Part shown: positions 28,685 through 39,175 of the stretch, piece after piece
Position numbering within the stretch: the stretch's first letter is position 1
How the letters are laid out: each line of letters opens with the position of its first letter
Source of the DNA: an uncultured Chlamydiae bacterium
GTDB taxonomy: Bacteria > Chlamydiota > Chlamydiia > Chlamydiales > JAJFMA01
Assembly: GCA_963713615.1 (NCBI GenBank)
Contig: CAVQMM010000001.1
Coordinates: 3,648,001 to 3,712,000, forward strand
Direction: 5' to 3'
DNA length: 64,000 bases
The notes under the pieces: model-generated
The model's input: the letters and a program-made list of their open reading frames with translations, nothing else
Databases searched by the model: none
What the model was told of the DNA's origin: nothing
Made by a program: the position numbers and the translations under genes

Positions 28685-30375
28685 TGCACGTTACAATTAA
28701 TTCTATTATTTTGAAAGTGGCGGCAAGATGCAATATTAATTGTGATTATTGCTACGTATTTCAGCATGCGGATCAGAGTACCAAAAAGCAGCCTAGGTTA
28801 CTGAGCAAAGAGCATTTATTCGCTTTTGCCAGGCAGGTGGATGCCTATTTAGATCGTTATGCAATACCAGAAATGTCGATTTGTTTTCATGGTGGCGAAC
28901 CGCTTTTAGCTGGGCTTTCCTATTACGAAGATCTATTTGCAATCTTTCAACAGGGTATTCGACGGTATGACAATCTATCGCTAGCCATCCAGACCAATGG
29001 GATATTGCTGAACCGTAAGTTTCTCGATCTCTTCCGAGCAAACCGGGTTCAGGTAGCCTTGAGCCTCGATGGCCCAGCTTCGGCCAATGATAAGCATCGT
29101 TTAGACTACCGAGGGCGGTCCACCTATGAGAGCGTTTTTCAAGCCTTGGCTTTGTTACGCGGTGACTACCGCGATGTGTTTAGTGGAGTACTCAGTGTGA
29201 TCGATCCGACGAATACTCCAGAGGAGATTATTGATTTTTTTGCAGAAATAGATCCACCCTCTTACAACATGCTGCTCCCGGACGCTAACTACTGCAGGCC
29301 ACCTCCAGGACGGGAGAGAGACCCTGACCTATACATCAACTGGTTAAAAAGAGCCTTGATTCATTGGCATACTCATCAACGGCAGCTTCGTATTCGTACT
29401 TTTGTGGACCTATTTCAGGGTTTGATGGGCATAAGAACGGAGTCGGAATTTTTTGGTAATGGTGCAGTAAGTTATATCGTTGTTGAGACAGATGGGAGTT
29501 ATCACTGCTCCGATATTTTAAAGACTACGTATGCAGGTGCGTCCCATACCGGTCTGTTTGTGAAATCGGCTACAATCGATGATGTTGTTCAGTCTTCGGT
29601 TATCCAGGACTATTCTTCCATGCTGAAGGTGGACCAAAAGTGTGTTACTTGCCTGAAGTGCCCTGAGCTATCACTTTGCGGTGCTGGGCAGATTGCTCAT
29701 CGCTATAACGCTGAAGGTTTTGATAATCCCAGCATCTATTGTCGGGAAATATTAGCTCTCACACACCAGGCTAGACACCTTTTGCTTAAAAAACGCTTGG
29801 AAAAGGTGGCTTTTTTGCCAAATTTTAATGAAAAACAAATTGTTCAGGTTTTTCTTTCCGAAAATTCTTGTTACTTGTTGATGATCCTTGTCGCAAAAGA
29901 GATTCCGGTGGATGAGGTGCTGATGCATCCCAGCATTTCTGCCAAGTCTTACGAAGGTCAACAGGCGCTGTCGCTATTGAATAAAATGTTTCATCATTTT
30001 GAAACGGAGTACGGCCTCCTTTGCCAAGATTTACCTACGGCTGAGTCCCCGTCCAGCATGAAGTACGCTGAGACCATCCTAACGTTTTTTTTAACAAAAA
30101 AATTCGATCTTTTTGATAGCTGTTATGCCCTTACCTATTCTCAAGATCATGAGGAGCTGTTGCGCAGCTTGTATCGGTGTTGCTATACACTTCGGTTTTG
30201 GCAAAGTATGATGGCTCACGACGCCCATTCTGCATACCATCTGCAAATAACAGCGATACGAAGCGACATCGCCGAGTTGCTTAAATCGCTATCGACTAGT
30301 GATTTGTCTGAGATGGGACAAGAGCTTCTTGAGCAGCTTGTAGAAGAATTCGTTCCTAGTTTTCTTCGGCTTTGA
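28684..30375 (+). CDS. Radical SAM/SPASM maturase of the FxsB/YhhB (cyclophane-forming) type with a degenerate C-terminal HExxH-like domain
   Basis: ILKVAARCNINCDYCYVFQHADQS, FHGGEPLL, QTNG, SLDGP...NDKHR, VVETDG, SPASM CVTCLKC..CGAG..HRY...GFDNPSIYC. TAATG overlap with the upstream stop. Confidence 0.85.
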   Translation: MHVTINSIILKVAARCNINCDYCYVFQHADQSTKKQPRLLSKEHLFAFARQVDAYLDRYAIPEMSICFHGGEPLLAGLSYYEDLFAIFQQGIRRYDNLSLAIQTNGILLNRKFLDLFRANRVQVALSLDGPASANDKHRLDYRGRSTYESVFQALALLRGDYRDVFSGVLSVIDPTNTPEEIIDFFAEIDPPSYNMLLPDANYCRPPPGRERDPDLYINWLKRALIHWHTHQRQLRIRTFVDLFQGLMGIRTESEFFGNGAVSYIVVETDGSYHCSDILKTTYAGASHTGLFVKSATIDDVVQSSVIQDYSSMLKVDQKCVTCLKCPELSLCGAGQIAHRYNAEGFDNPSIYCREILALTHQARHLLLKKRLEKVAFLPNFNEKQIVQVFLSENSCYLLMILVAKEIPVDEVLMHPSISAKSYEGQQALSLLNKMFHHFETEYGLLCQDLPTAESPSSMKYAETILTFFLTKKFDLFDSCYALTYSQDHEELLRSLYRCCYTLRFWQSMMAHDAHSAYHLQITAIRSDIAELLKSLSTSDLSEMGQELLEQLVEEFVPSFLRL

Positions 30376-30787
30376 CTTGACGCAGCCGCTGCTGCTCGAT
30401 GTCGCCTAGCTCTACTATGGGAGCTTCGTTATTGATTCCTTCGCACTCCCGCGCCGTCTGTTGCCAGGCTTGAGGTGAGGCTAGGGTTCCCGGCCAAAAA
30501 GGGAAGGTTTGACATTGGGTGGGCCTAACAGGATAGATTCGACATTGCTTATCCCGCAGAAAAACGCAGTCGAAATTGACAGAATTCTCTAGAAGGGCGT
30601 AGCGATCTCCGATCTGTCGCAAATATTTCCTGGCGAAGTCATCGATGCTCACCCCCAGATACGCTGCCATCGCCTCGATTTCCTCGATGGACACCCAGGC
30701 ATACCCAGGTCCCCCAGTGCAACAACCACCGCAACCGGTGCAGGAAAACTTCAGGCCATTGGAATACCAGGGCTTAGACTCAGACAT
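30356..30787 (-). CDS. YkgJ-family cysteine-cluster (Fe-S/zinc) protein
   Basis: FSCTGCGGCC...CVFL...CRIYPVRPTQCQTFPFW...C. Confidence 0.88.
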   Translation of the reverse strand: MSESKPWYSNGLKFSCTGCGGCCTGGPGYAWVSIEEIEAMAAYLGVSIDDFARKYLRQIGDRYALLENSVNFDCVFLRDKQCRIYPVRPTQCQTFPFWPGTLASPQAWQQTARECEGINNEAPIVELGDIEQQRLRQVKAEEN

Positions 30788-30797
30788 TAGGGAAGCT

Positions 30798-30914
30798 TTA
30801 ATCCTTTTCCTTCATCACCTGGCGGATGCCAGCGACGACGAAGAGTACCAAAAAAACGATGCAGACAATGCCAACTACGGTAGCTTCTTGCTGGAGATCT
30901 GCTAGTAGATACAT
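30798..30914 (-). CDS. Small single-TM protein (38 aa), not in the ORF track
   Basis: Manual translation MYLLADLQQEATVVGIVCIVFLVLFVVAGIRQVMKEKD*. AGGGA upstream; ends 10 bp before the ykgJ-like start. Confidence 0.5.
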   Translation of the reverse strand: MYLLADLQQEATVVGIVCIVFLVLFVVAGIRQVMKEKD

Positions 30915-30933
30915 CACCATCCCTGGGTTTATC

Positions 30934-31000
30934 GGCCTTGTTCACCTTTTCGGTCAGTTTTCGTCCGACCGAAATTCTGACCGCAAAGGTGAACAAGGCC
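30934..31000 (-). mobile_element. Internally deleted 67-bp derivative of the GGCCTTGTTC MITE (subtype B)
   Basis: Both TIRs intact; TSD GGTTTATC at 30926-30933 and 31001-31008. Confidence 0.9.
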
Positions 31001-31245
31001 GGTTTATCGTTGCGTCCAGCATAGGCAAACGAAGCTTTTTTGATAAGTGATCTTATGGCATCTCTCTTGCATGTACTCAATAATGACCATTTATTCATTA
31101 AATTACAAACAAACAACAATAGTTAATGAATGTTAAGGTTTTGTAAGTTAAATTGATTTTAACCGAATTGTTGATTTATAATTTAAATTATTGGAAGTTA
31201 TTAAAGCTCTATAGTTTAAATTAATTAAAAGATCAAAACGTTGAG

Positions 31246-34200
31246 GTGAAAATGGAACGCCTAGATGACCTTCCGGTAGCTCCAGTAGTAGGGACTACGC
31301 TCGGTGACTATATTGACCATGCAAAAGACATTATCGCTCGGGAAAAGCAGAATAGAGGCTGGTTTGGTCATGTGGTTGACGCTGTTATTGGAGATAAGCT
31401 GCCCGGCAAAATCAAAGCTGTTGAAGACCTCGAGGTTAAGGTATCAGAAAATACTCAGCGGTTGCAGGAGGCACAGGAGCATGCAGATGTAGGCGCTGTC
31501 CGGAAGGCGGAATATCGTCAGCTTAAGCTTGAACATCGCTTAATAAAACATAAGGAGGGTCTTGTTAAGGACCTTCGCAGTTTCTTTGTGTCTCGTATGC
31601 CGGGTAAGGCTGCCAGTGTTAATAACGAACTAGACCAAGTTGAGAGACAGTTGAAAATGCAGTCTCGTAAGGTGGTCGAGCTTACTTATGACTTCTCCGC
31701 CAGAGAATTAGTCATGAAGCTCATTACGGATGCTGGGGGCGGCGCATCGGTTTCTCATACAGCCTCTAAGTTATCAAGTATTGCCCTTGTCCAAGCTCTA
31801 CAACACAACCTGTCTCCTAGTTTGAAACTTGAACATGAGATCCTTGCTTTGGAGCGGGAGCTAGCCGTTATAGATGAGCATTTAGGCCAATATCCTCAGC
31901 AGCAAGAGGTATTGGCAGGACGTCGCCTAGAATGTTTAAGTCGAAAGATCTTGTTGGAAAACGATGCTCTCGAGTCAATCAATAGCGATCTTCGCCGAGC
32001 ACGAAATACTGATGATGGTGGCGATGCGTCAAGTAAAATTATTGAGTCCCTAGAGGCGGATCTTGATAAACACTTTAACAATCTAGAAGCCGATCTGCAG
32101 ACCATTAAACCCATGTTGCAAGAAGCTGATCGCAAGCGTGTAGAACACAATCTGGCTGTACTCATCAAAAATCCCGGTGTAGGGATGCTTTCGCAGGCTT
32201 TTGCTGCCGGAAAGATCGAAGATCAGTTCTCACGCGTTAAAGCTTTGCTGACAGATGTAGAGCAGTGTTCTCTGGATCTAGACGTCGTGGTCGCAGGTGT
32301 AGAAGCATTGGATCATTTCCTGGAAACGGGACGCCTTCCTGACAATACTGCTTTCGATGTGACACCAGAGAAGAGGCAAGAGCTGTCAGAAAGACGCTTT
32401 GCTGGACAGGTTGTCATTGTGGAGCGTGACACGGAGCTTTTGGAAGCCATCGGCGAGGCTCGTGAGAAAGCTTCTGAGAGCCTAATAGAAGTTGAAGTGG
32501 ATGCTAGGGCACCAATCTTGGAACAAATTCGCGATCTCAATGAGCAAGCCCAATTCATTGAAGAACGGCGTGATCAAGACATGCATACTTTGTACGGGTT
32601 AACAGAAGGATACTACCTGGAGCGTGGCAACTTAAAAGTCCAGCAGCTATTGGAGCAAGGGTTTGTGGCAAATGATGATATGGGTCCTGCAGAGCCTGGT
32701 CCATCAGGCCCTTTTGGATCATTAGAACGTTTGAACTTGCAGATAGTCGAATGTGATGTACAGCTGAACGCCCTGGCTGATGCCGCTTCTGCTGAACCCC
32801 GACCTTCAACAGTTAAGTTGGGGCAGATCCAAGATCGAATGATTCTTTTGCTAGACCTAAAGATACAAATAGGTCGGAAAGCTGCTGAGGAGGTTAAAAA
32901 AGCCACTAATCCTCCCGATGCTGATAAAGAGCCACTCCCACCTGATGAAATTACCAGACTAAAAGAGATGCGTAGGGAGTATAAGCGCGTTATGGAACAG
33001 GACGCCATGGTATTGGACAAGCTTCAGGCAAACCGTGCAGTCGCTGGAGCCGAAGACATTGACCTCATGGGGCCACCCGTAAAGTCAAACGAAGCCCCTT
33101 GGAAGCATGCCAAATGGGGGCGTATTCTCCTTAGAAGTGATGAGCCTACCAGTGGTGTCATCAGTGCCATGAAATCACAAGCTGGTGCTTTGCTAAATAT
33201 GGACTTTCAAGGTGCAGTGGATACGAAGGTGGAATTTCTGCGAACCACAGAGGCTCAGCTGCAAGTGCTTTATGCTGAACGAAGACGCCTTGAAGCTGCT
33301 CTGTCGCCTGATCACGTGCTGGCCCCAGGTGATCGTTCTGCTTTGGAGACAGATAAGGCACGCGTTGACGGTGAACTTCGCAACTTGACTGCAGCGGTCA
33401 CTGAAGCTAAGATTTCCCTACATGCTACCTTTTTACAGCGTATTGTCGACAAGACAGGCGACAGAGCTTATCAGCGTAACCAGCTTGTAAGCAGTCTCGA
33501 GGCAAAAAGAAAACAGGTTCAGGAGGACCAAGGGCGTCTTTTTAAAAGTGAAAAACGTGCAGAACCAGTCGACAAGAGTGGAAGGCCCATTCCGATGGAT
33601 GATGCACAGCGCGTCGAACTGCAGGCAAGGTTGCAGGAGAATAGGGATAATCTAGCCTTACACATCCAGGAAATGCGTACATTGGGAAACAGCATTGACC
33701 GTTTGGACAAAGAAATAGCCATTCTAGATGAGGCTTACCGTGAGCAGATTCATGACTATGCCATTTTGCGCCCCCCTGAACGTACTTTTGTGCAACTTGC
33801 CACTCGTGCAGCATCTGATGAGGCATTAAGATATCTGAGCCTTGGTTTCTATAGCGGTGATAAATATGTGAGCCCCGATGAATTTCGTACTCGTCAAAAG
33901 TTTGCCACAGCGGGTTATTGCTTAGCTGCCGCTTGGGATGAGTGGGGTAAATGGCAAGGTGATAATCTAGCCTCCATGATTACATCGCAGGTGAACGACT
34001 TTTTAGTCTGGGCGGATAGGCATCCCAAAGAGGCTGCTCAATTGGCGACCGATGTTGTGATGACCATCAATCTGCTTCAGGACAACGACGTCAAAACCAC
34101 TCTTTTGGCTTCCGTCAATACCAAAATCTACAGCAGCGCCCTTTTGGGAACATTGGAAAGTGAACAGAAAGAGCTGACCATTCAGCCCTCCGATTTCAAA

Positions 34201-35529
34201 TTTAAGGCTTTGGCAGACATTGCCCGTTACGGACCTGGGGCCTCAGCAGGCGTTCGTGCCGGTGAGGTCATCGCTGGGCAACTCATGGAAGGGAATTTGC
34301 TCGGAGCGCTCACACGCGGAGCAGTCACCTTTGCCAATGCGCGTTACCGTGCAGACGTCATGCAACGCGTGGTTGACGGCATGAATGACACGACAGCCAG
34401 AGCTGCTAGTGCCGGACTATCCTTGATGAGAGGGGACTCCATGCAGCAGATTGTAGCTGCGCAAGCCAGTATGAACGTTCTGGCATTGGCTGGCAGTGCA
34501 CGACGCGCAATGCGATCTCCGATTCCATTCTTTGGCAACTTGATAGGACGTATGGCGATGCCTTTTAGACAAGTGTTTGCGGCAAACAACTGGCCCGAGA
34601 GGATATTACGAACAGGAGCCTTAGTGCTTCCTCCTGTCGCTGCTGTGGCCGGTGTTGGTGGTGTTATTGCCTTGGCTGCTACTGCGGCATTGCCAGTCCT
34701 TCCAGCATTACTGCTCGGTGTAGCCGTTGTTGGTGCTGCTTTGGGTGCTTTTGCGCTCTTTGCAGCTCTTCTAAATCTCGCCTGGCCTTCGACATACCAG
34801 CGCATTAAACATGATCAAGCTGTCGATGTGGCACACTCCAGAGAATATCGGACGCAGCTTGATCTGCAAGCTTTCAATCACATTAAAAGTCTTAAAGACC
34901 AGAGACTCATTTCTGTCCCTGAAGAGCGTCACCTTGACGAAGAACCCCCGGTTATTCAAGCATGGCTTAGCGCGCCTGATAGTCCGATACCTCGTTTACA
35001 ACAAGTTATGGCTGAGCGCCTCGAAGCGGAATGTGCCTCACGTCTGGGTTTCAAGCGGCAGATAGCAGGAACTACTGTAGGGGTAGCTCTGGATGTGAGA
35101 GACTACGTAAAGGTCTTTAACGATATTGTAACGGATGAGCAGTTAAACGAGATGGTCGCTAATGGTTCCGTTCATATTCCTCCTCTTACCCAAGAAGATC
35201 GTGACCAGGTGATGGCGCGCCTTAGGGTACATGTCGTAAAGCGCCTGACCAACGAATGGTTAACGCCTACGATACGACAAGGTATGGAGGATGAATTTAT
35301 TTTGGAATTCAACTCGTATAAATCCGCAGGACAGTTTGCGCGAGATCAACAAGCAAAATTTGGAGCCGTTCAGGCAAAACAAAATGAAGCCAGTGCCAAA
35401 ATCCTGAGCGATCTGGATAGCGAAGGTTTACGGCAACATCTGGCTCTTCAGGATGTGGAAAGGCTCCGAGCCGCCGCATCCAATGAGCTTCTGAAACGTA
35501 CTGGAAATCCTGCCGCTGTCGCTGCGTAG
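31246..35529 (+). CDS. Very large coiled-coil protein with a long hydrophobic hairpin (Inc-like candidate effector)
   Basis: 1427 aa, mostly helical/coiled-coil. ~55-aa hydrophobic stretch GALVLPPVAAVAGVGGVIALAATAALPVLPALLLGVAVVGAALGAFALFAALLNLAW. AT-rich upstream region. Confidence 0.75.
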   Translation: MKMERLDDLPVAPVVGTTLGDYIDHAKDIIAREKQNRGWFGHVVDAVIGDKLPGKIKAVEDLEVKVSENTQRLQEAQEHADVGAVRKAEYRQLKLEHRLIKHKEGLVKDLRSFFVSRMPGKAASVNNELDQVERQLKMQSRKVVELTYDFSARELVMKLITDAGGGASVSHTASKLSSIALVQALQHNLSPSLKLEHEILALERELAVIDEHLGQYPQQQEVLAGRRLECLSRKILLENDALESINSDLRRARNTDDGGDASSKIIESLEADLDKHFNNLEADLQTIKPMLQEADRKRVEHNLAVLIKNPGVGMLSQAFAAGKIEDQFSRVKALLTDVEQCSLDLDVVVAGVEALDHFLETGRLPDNTAFDVTPEKRQELSERRFAGQVVIVERDTELLEAIGEAREKASESLIEVEVDARAPILEQIRDLNEQAQFIEERRDQDMHTLYGLTEGYYLERGNLKVQQLLEQGFVANDDMGPAEPGPSGPFGSLERLNLQIVECDVQLNALADAASAEPRPSTVKLGQIQDRMILLLDLKIQIGRKAAEEVKKATNPPDADKEPLPPDEITRLKEMRREYKRVMEQDAMVLDKLQANRAVAGAEDIDLMGPPVKSNEAPWKHAKWGRILLRSDEPTSGVISAMKSQAGALLNMDFQGAVDTKVEFLRTTEAQLQVLYAERRRLEAALSPDHVLAPGDRSALETDKARVDGELRNLTAAVTEAKISLHATFLQRIVDKTGDRAYQRNQLVSSLEAKRKQVQEDQGRLFKSEKRAEPVDKSGRPIPMDDAQRVELQARLQENRDNLALHIQEMRTLGNSIDRLDKEIAILDEAYREQIHDYAILRPPERTFVQLATRAASDEALRYLSLGFYSGDKYVSPDEFRTRQKFATAGYCLAAAWDEWGKWQGDNLASMITSQVNDFLVWADRHPKEAAQLATDVVMTINLLQDNDVKTTLLASVNTKIYSSALLGTLESEQKELTIQPSDFKFKALADIARYGPGASAGVRAGEVIAGQLMEGNLLGALTRGAVTFANARYRADVMQRVVDGMNDTTARAASAGLSLMRGDSMQQIVAAQASMNVLALAGSARRAMRSPIPFFGNLIGRMAMPFRQVFAANNWPERILRTGALVLPPVAAVAGVGGVIALAATAALPVLPALLLGVAVVGAALGAFALFAALLNLAWPSTYQRIKHDQAVDVAHSREYRTQLDLQAFNHIKSLKDQRLISVPEERHLDEEPPVIQAWLSAPDSPIPRLQQVMAERLEAECASRLGFKRQIAGTTVGVALDVRDYVKVFNDIVTDEQLNEMVANGSVHIPPLTQEDRDQVMARLRVHVVKRLTNEWLTPTIRQGMEDEFILEFNSYKSAGQFARDQQAKFGAVQAKQNEASAKILSDLDSEGLRQHLALQDVERLRAAASNELLKRTGNPAAVAA

Positions 35530-35537
35530 AAAGGGTG

Positions 35538-35925
35538 TAGCAACGGTTCGTTTAACTTTTTAGGATGCACACGGATGCACACGGATCTAGGAGGATTTAG
35601 GAGGATAGGATGGAAAAAGGTTTACCCCATCCTACTAGGTCCTGTGCATCCGTGTTACTCCTAAAAAGCCCTACGAACCGTATTTGCCATCCGATCCTCC
35701 TAAATCCTCCTAGATCCGTGTGCATCCGTGTTCCTCCTAAAAAGTTAAACGAACCGTTGCTAGTGTGCATCCATGTTACTCCTAAAAAGCCCTACGAACC
35801 GTATTTGCCATCCGATCCTCCTAAATCCTCCTAGATCCGTGTGCATCCGTGTTCCTCCTAAAAAGTTAAACGAACCGTTGCTAGTGTGCATCCATGTTAC
35901 TCCTAAAAAGCCCCACGAACCGTAT
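35538..35925. repeat. Inverted plus tandem (121-bp unit) array of the CACGGATGCACACGGAT family
   Basis: Left arm 35538-35612; inverted 121-bp units start at 35644, 35765 and 35886. Confidence 0.9.
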
Positions 35926-37048
35926 GCTCTGCAAGTCGGCGTCGAAGATCCAGAACGCCACCATCCCAAAGCGACCGAGAACTTACCCTGACGAGCCAAG
36001 CCTTTTGCCTTCGGCCGATACCTAGAGCATAGGTAGCATCCTTCCAGTGGTTGGGTCCCTCATGACGAACCAATCCAACCCCTGGGTCAAACGTGTAGCT
36101 GAGTGTGTCGGATAAGGCGATATAGACCATTTCGTGAGGATCTTGACTATACCCACGCCTCACTAAATAACTACCGGTGTCAACGGAGCAGGGTAGGGTG
36201 CGTGCTGGGATTCCCTGGATCCCGCATACAGCTAGATTGACCAATGACGCCAGTCGTGCTTCTGCATCAAGGATGAGTCCTTCTTGGCTAGGGGAGCGTA
36301 GAGATGTTAGTGAGAGATTCTTGAGTAGATTTTCTAGCTTGGATGGTTCGAGACCTCCACCCCCGATTGCTTGCATGACAATGGCCTGTTTCGGAGCGCC
36401 ATCTTCGAACAACTTAGCAGTAATTAGAAGGCGCTTTTCTGGGTCGGGACAGCGCTGTTCCAAAGCATGAAAGATCGCCAAAAACCAGTGACTCATCCCC
36501 CAGCAGACTCCACCCCAGGGCATAAATTGTATGGGTCTCGTAGCCTTTGACAGTGGAAGCCCTCCGAAAAGACCCTTCATTTGGTTAGGTGCGAGTTTAT
36601 CATGTGCATAGACCGCCGCTTCGGAAAGCCTAATACTGTTTTTTGAGCGAGTGATGCGAAAGAATCCTGTTAGTATAGGTTCAGCCCAACTCATCGTCTC
36701 TTGCAAAAAGTCTAGGATCATGGCAGTGAGAATGACGCCAAAAGCTCTAGGTTGGTCCATCAAAGAATGCTTGAAGGATTCCGATAGCAACTGACCCGAA
36801 CCCTCGAGGATCGTCATAGCTGTTCGGTATGGCACTCCGGCGAGGTGAACAATGTTACGCCCGATAGCCTGATACCATTTCGCACCACCGAGAACTTGCG
36901 ACTTCCAGGTCTCTTCTAAAGAAAGGCCCGCTGCAAAGCGATGCACATCCAATTGGTTTCTAACATTTTTCCCTGAGATCACTATTGCTGTTCCCCTCAA
37001 AAAAACAAAAAAATATGCGTTATAATCGTTTATATCACACTCGGTCAC
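35903..37048 (-). CDS. Putative YopT/AvrPphB-like (peptidase C58) cysteine protease; true start probably downstream of 37048
   Basis: GGVCWGMSHWF (Cys), PHEMVYI (His) and YTFDPGVG (Asp) occur in C58 order, with C58-like His-Asp spacing. Confidence 0.6.
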   Translation of the reverse strand: MTECDINDYNAYFFVFLRGTAIVISGKNVRNQLDVHRFAAGLSLEETWKSQVLGGAKWYQAIGRNIVHLAGVPYRTAMTILEGSGQLLSESFKHSLMDQPRAFGVILTAMILDFLQETMSWAEPILTGFFRITRSKNSIRLSEAAVYAHDKLAPNQMKGLFGGLPLSKATRPIQFMPWGGVCWGMSHWFLAIFHALEQRCPDPEKRLLITAKLFEDGAPKQAIVMQAIGGGGLEPSKLENLLKNLSLTSLRSPSQEGLILDAEARLASLVNLAVCGIQGIPARTLPCSVDTGSYLVRRGYSQDPHEMVYIALSDTLSYTFDPGVGLVRHEGPNHWKDATYALGIGRRQKAWLVRVSSRSLWDGGVLDLRRRLAEHTVRGAF

Positions 37049-37131
37049 AAATTTGGGATTTGGATAGTTATAAGGAAAGGTTTATAATGAGTGTATCGGT
37101 ACGTTATGTACCGGCATTCGGAGGAGATTGT

Positions 37132-37317
37132 ATGAAAGACACAAGGCATCATCTGAAGCATGTGCAGAAGAAAGTCATTCATTCGGTTCGTCATGAACCC
37201 GTGGCATCCCAAACAAACCATTTCCCAGTCTCCAGTCTTACAATGTTTACATCATCAGTCGTTACAGGCCGTCAGCGCTCTCGTTATCGTAAACATGCCC
37301 CAGGCCGAGCCCAATAA
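37132..37317 (+). CDS. Small basic hypothetical protein
   Basis: MKDTRHHLKHVQKKVIHSVRHE..., preceded by a strong GGAGGAG RBS. Confidence 0.55.
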   Translation: MKDTRHHLKHVQKKVIHSVRHEPVASQTNHFPVSSLTMFTSSVVTGRQRSRYRKHAPGRAQ

Positions 37318-37325
37318 CGCTGAGC

Positions 37326-37490
37326 TTTTAAGACAAAGAAGAGCTCACGTAGGTGGATTAAAGGACCAAAACGACATAAAAGACATAAAGGACTTGTAGA
37401 GTATGCCTCCTAAGTCCTTTACGTCCTTTTCGTCGCTTTGGTCCCTTTGTCCATCCACGTGAGCTCTTCTTTGCGCCTTTGCGTTAAAAA
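37326..37490. repeat. Long imperfect hairpin (GGACNAAAG family) between convergent genes
   Basis: AAGAAGAGCTCACGT...AAAGGACCAAAACGACATAAAAGACATAAAGGACTT / AAGTCCTTTACGTCCTTTTCGTCGCTTTGGTCCCTTT...ACGTGAGCTCTTCTT. Confidence 0.8.
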
Positions 37491-37521
37491 AGCCACACGA
37501 ACTTCTTAAACGGCGTCGCGT

Positions 37522-39144
<1,623 letters not shown>

Positions 39145-39175
39145 TCAAACTTCTTTCGTCAGTTGGCCCGGGATA

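Noticed and set aside
30787..31119. 110-aa ORF containing the mini-MITE in frame
   Set aside because: It is probably spurious. A 38-aa TM ORF in another frame explains the region better.
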